The position numbers were made by a program, and so were the translations under genes. Under the pieces are notes generated by a model. That model was not told the DNA's origin and ran no database searches. It worked only from the letters and a program-made list of their open reading frames with translations. 32,000 nt of DNA from Copranaerobaculum intestinale (lineage in GTDB: Bacteria; Bacillota_I; Bacilli_A; Erysipelotrichales; Erysipelotrichaceae), in NCBI RefSeq assembly GCF_009831105.1, contig NZ_WUUQ01000001.1, forward strand, positions 300,001 through 332,000, given 5' to 3'. Below are positions 29,047-32,000 of this stretch, piece after piece. Each line of letters begins with the position of its first letter. The stretch's first letter is position 1.

Positions 29047-30385
29047 CTAGTTTATTTTCGATTTTAATAACCGCCTGTTGGAAGCTTTCTTTCTCTTTCA
29101 GCATCTTAACCATTTTTTCATATGAAGACATAATTGTCGAATGGTCGCGATTTCCAAATTCAAAACCGATTTTTGCGAATGGCATTTCTAAATGCTTTCG
29201 GCATAAATAGACGGCAATATGACGTGCATTGGCAATATTGGCAGTGCGTGATTTACTTTCAATTTGATGTTTGGTCAGCCCATAGAAATCACAGACAGCT
29301 TTTTTTATTTTAGCAGGGGTTATGTTTTCACTTTTTGAAAAGGACGGATCTTCTTTGAATATTTCTTTTGCGAATTCTAAATTGATCGTTTCCGGATTGT
29401 AGAGTATTGCTTTAAAAAATAATTCATTCAGAGTTCCTTCTAATTTCCGTACATCGCTGGAAAAGCGGGTTGCTATGTAATCCAATACGGCATCCTCAAT
29501 AATGATATCGTCTTGACGTCCTTCCAATTTTTTACGTAAAATTGCTTTTGCGGTTTCAAATTCCGGAGATCCGATGGTAATTGATAAACCGCTGGAGAAT
29601 CGTGAAATCAGACGATTTTCTATGCCTTTTAGTTCAGCAGGGTGCATATCGCTGGTAATGACAATCTGTTTATTATCAGAAACCAGCTTATTGTATAAAT
29701 TAAAGAAAATTTCCTGTGAAGCACTCTGCGTCAGGCGCTGAATATCATCAATCAGCAGATAATCTACTTTGCTGATTCTTTCCTTTACGTCTTCCACCGT
29801 TTTATTTTTCATGGCGTCGATCAACAATGTAACAAAATCTTCACTGTATATATAGAGAACTTGTTTATCTGGTTGATTTTCCAGTACATAATTACCGATG
29901 GCGTGCAGAAGATGAGTTTTACCGAGTCCGGAATTGCCATAGATGAAAAGCGGATTGTAATTACCGGGATAATAGCAGCAGTTCAGAGCTGCGGCCTGCG
30001 CATCCCGATTGCTTTTACCGATGATGAAATTATCAAAATTGTATTGCTTTTTAATTTTATTCTCAAATAATTCATCATTTCTTCGTTTCACCACACTGTT
30101 AGGTGTTAGATTATCCACCTCTGCTTTAAGAAATATTTGACACTGCATGTCTTTTTCCAAAACAGAACTCAGCCGTGACTGAATCATTAATATATTTTCA
30201 AGCATAATCTGTTTATTAATTTTATAAGGAACTACAATGATTGCAAATTCTTCATCAATATCGTACAGAGAAGAATCTTTGATCCATGTATTAAAAATCG
30301 CATTGTCAAAATCATGATTTGTTTGAATCAAATCTAAAGTATCCTGCCATATTTTTTTTAAATTTTGATTCGTGTATTCTGCCAT
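29036..30385 (-). CDS. dnaA: Chromosomal replication initiator DnaA
   Basis: Start re-called at MAEYTNQ (ATG 30385, SD GAGGG 6 nt upstream). Walker A GNSGLGKTHLLHAIGN, LLIDDIQ, C-terminal DNA-binding RTANIANARHIAVYLCR..GNRDHSTI. Confidence 0.97.
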   Translation of the reverse strand: MAEYTNQNLKKIWQDTLDLIQTNHDFDNAIFNTWIKDSSLYDIDEEFAIIVVPYKINKQIMLENILMIQSRLSSVLEKDMQCQIFLKAEVDNLTPNSVVKRRNDELFENKIKKQYNFDNFIIGKSNRDAQAAALNCCYYPGNYNPLFIYGNSGLGKTHLLHAIGNYVLENQPDKQVLYIYSEDFVTLLIDAMKNKTVEDVKERISKVDYLLIDDIQRLTQSASQEIFFNLYNKLVSDNKQIVITSDMHPAELKGIENRLISRFSSGLSITIGSPEFETAKAILRKKLEGRQDDIIIEDAVLDYIATRFSSDVRKLEGTLNELFFKAILYNPETINLEFAKEIFKEDPSFSKSENITPAKIKKAVCDFYGLTKHQIESKSRTANIANARHIAVYLCRKHLEMPFAKIGFEFGNRDHSTIMSSYEKMVKMLKEKESFQQAVIKIENKLGIH

Positions 30386-30423
30386 AATCATCCCTCATTT
30401 ATACTTGTTAATTTTACTATAAA

Positions 30424-30831
30424 AGTGGATAATTTACTATGACTATATAAAAAAGAATGAGTTTTCCACCAAAAATATAGAATATCCTTGATAAATAGGT
30501 TTTTTATGTAGTTTTCCACAATATTCCACTGGGAAAAGTTGTTGAAAAGTAATTGTTTATAACTTTAATTGTGGAAAATGGGGATTATCTTCGGTATAAC
30601 AGTTGTAAACTCCACGATATGAATATTAAAAAAATATAATAAACAAAGGATTTTAATAACTTTTCCACCTTTTCAACACATGGTGGAAAACTATGCTATT
30701 CAAAGTGTTAATAATTTGTTGATAAGTGAATTTATTGTTACTTTTTATCAAAAATTAACTTAAAACTGAGTTTTTCCACAAAATTAAATAAAAGATTCTT
30801 AAAACTGTTGAAAACTTCTTTTTTATCCACA
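30424..30831. promoter_or_regulatory. oriC part 1: DnaA-box cluster upstream of dnaA
   Basis: 9-mers read directly: AGTGGATAA 30424, TTTTCCACC 30462, TTTTCCACA 30512, TGTTGAAAA 30540, TGTGGAAAA 30570, TTTTCCACC 30661, GGTGGAAAA 30682, TTTTCCACA 30772, TGTTGAAAA 30806, and canonical TTATCCACA 30823-30831. AT-rich segment at about 30620-30655. Confidence 0.8.
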
Positions 30832-31002
30832 TATTTTTAGTTATTTTACGTAAATTTTTCTAATTTCAAAACCTTTCTGTCATAATTGCTTATTTTTCTT
30901 CATAAATGAAATGGTTACCTTATAAAAAGAGTCTTCATTTTGATATCGAAAAAAAGGATCCAAAAAAAGAATATTTTTAGTTTCATAAGATACGTTATTT
31001 TA

Positions 31003-31031
31003 TTGACTTTATAAATGTTTTTATGTATAAT
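31003..31031 (+). promoter_or_regulatory. Sigma-A promoter TTGACT-17-TATAAT for rpmH
   Basis: TTGACT 31003-31008, 17-nt spacer, TATAAT 31026-31031. About 55 nt upstream of the rpmH ATG. Confidence 0.65.
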
Positions 31032-31087
31032 CTAAAAGCAATGCTCAATTTATAGAAAGTTTAACAATAGAATTGGAGGTGGCTCCT

Positions 31088-31222
31088 ATGAAGAGAACAT
31101 ATCAACCGAGCAAAAGAAAACACCAAAAAACTCATGGATTCAGGGCCCGTATGGCTACTGTAGGAGGACGTAAAGTATTAGCGCGTCGTCGCAGCAAAGG
31201 TAGAAAAGTGTTATCAGCTTAA
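31088..31222 (+). CDS. rpmH: 50S ribosomal protein L34
   Basis: Hand translation gives [44 protein letters not shown] (44 aa), SD GGAGG 9 nt upstream. Too short for the ORF track. Confidence 0.95.
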   Translation: MKRTYQPSKRKHQKTHGFRARMATVGGRKVLARRRSKGRKVLSA

Positions 31223-31247
31223 AAATCACCTCCGAGGTGATTTTTTT
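31221..31247 (+). terminator. Rho-independent terminator after rpmH
   Basis: AAAATCACC-tccga-GGTGATTTT followed by TTTG. Confidence 0.75.
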
Positions 31248-31310
31248 GTAATTCAGGGAATGTTTGAAGGTAAATATTTAGTTAGTATATAAGGAAAGGG
31301 AGGAATGTTC

Positions 31311-31643
31311 ATGAAAAAAGAGTATCGAATTAAAGACAGCCAGGAATTTTTGTCGATTATTCAATATAAAAAATTTTATCATACACCATCCTTCACTCTT
31401 TATGTAAAACCGCGGAAATTGGATCATATGCGAGTCGGTATATCGGCAGGAAAGAAACTGGGCAACGCGGTTGTCCGCAACAAAGTAAAGCGGCAGCTGA
31501 GAATGATGATAATGGAAACTTGTACATTCAAAGAAAATTTTGACATAATTATCCTCGTTCGCCCCCATTTTCTTGAAGAAAAATACAATACTAATAAAAA
31601 ACTCTTGGAAAGCGTAGTTAAAAAAGTTAAAATAGATAGGTAA
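31311..31643 (+). CDS. rnpA: Ribonuclease P protein component
   Basis: Start at MKKEYRIK (ATG 31311, SD GGGAGG 7 nt upstream). RNR-like motif AVVRNKVKRQLR. Conserved rpmH-rnpA-yidC order. Confidence 0.9.
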   Translation: MKKEYRIKDSQEFLSIIQYKKFYHTPSFTLYVKPRKLDHMRVGISAGKKLGNAVVRNKVKRQLRMMIMETCTFKENFDIIILVRPHFLEEKYNTNKKLLESVVKKVKIDR

Positions 31644-31667
31644 GCTATCTTAGCGAGGAGAATAAGA

Positions 31668-32000
31668 ATGAAAAGATTTTTTAAAGACAAAAAAAAGCTG
31701 CTGTTTCTCAGTGTCTTTATGCTGATTACGCTGGCAGCGTGTTCACAACCTCGAGGTGCCAATGGTGATATCTTAAAAGATCAGATTATTTATCTGAATA
31801 CACCGTTTTGGGACACGGTGACAAACGGAAGTTGGTTTGATATTATCGTATGGCCGATTTCTCAGATGATCAACTTTGTTGGTAAATATACCGATGCTGG
31901 TATTGCCATCATCGTCGTTACTTTATTTATTCAACTGATCACATCCGCTTTTTCAATCAAATCACAAGTAGCGTCTCAAAAAATGCAGATGCTTCAGCCG
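31668..32000 (+). CDS. yidC: Membrane protein insertase YidC/SpoIIIJ-type lipoprotein, N-terminal 111 codons (continues past the right edge)
   Basis: Hand translation gives MKRFFKDKKKLLFLSVFMLITLAACSQP (lipobox LAAC) ...WPISQMINFVGKY...IAIIVVTLFIQLIT..QMLQP, typical of Gram-positive YidC. SD GAGGAG 7 nt upstream. Confidence 0.85.
   Translation, partial: MKRFFKDKKKLLFLSVFMLITLAACSQPRGANGDILKDQIIYLNTPFWDTVTNGSWFDIIVWPISQMINFVGKYTDAGIAIIVVTLFIQLITSAFSIKSQVASQKMQMLQP

Noticed and set aside
30424-30831. Repeated 9-mers with irregular spacing that could superficially suggest a CRISPR-like or tandem-repeat array
   Set aside because: The repeats are 9 bp, occur in both orientations with variable spacing, and match DnaA boxes flanking dnaA. 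This is the oriC architecture, not CRISPR.
30896-30970. 24-codon + strand ORF (MKWLPYKKSLHFDIEKKDPKKEYF) in the oriC-rpmH spacer
   Set aside because: It has no SD, lies upstream of the rpmH promoter in AT-rich DNA, and nothing supports translation.

Overview
This window is the chromosomal replication-origin region of a low-GC Gram-positive bacterium (Bacillota-like; I cannot name the species). Gene order, right to left, is yidC(partial)<rnpA<rpmH on the + strand, then an upstream DnaA-box cluster, then on the - strand dnaA, a second DnaA-box cluster with an AT-rich stretch, dnaN, yaaA, recF, gyrB, gyrA, T-box-serS, SRP RNA, tadA, dnaX, ybaB, recR, an orphan gene, (DUF1294, CYTH on +), nadK, (SEDS rodA/ftsW-family on +), a PTS EIICB-like gene, mutS, mutL, a zinc-ribbon membrane protein, tcdA, tmk-holB-ricT-rsmI and the 5' part of nrdD. 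Gene orientation flips at about 28.9-31.0 kb, as expected for oriC. I see no transposase, integrase, CRISPR array, tRNA or rRNA, so this is overwhelmingly an ordinary, syntenic housekeeping region and I found no convincing multi-gene novel system. The two items most worth follow-up are an orphan 314-aa protein (15683-16627) with its own promoter and terminators, whose N-terminus looks like a PUA/EVE-like domain fused to an unrecognised C-terminal domain, and a PTS EIICB-like membrane protein (11047-12594) whose catalytic motifs appear degenerate. Several longest ORFs in the supplied track are over-extended at the 5' end (nadK, dnaN, yaaA, gyrB, mutS, dnaA, rnpA). I re-called those starts from Shine-Dalgarno spacing. 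Three genes missing from the track were found by eye: nrdD (runs off the left edge), rpmH (44 aa) and yidC (runs off the right edge), plus the SRP RNA.
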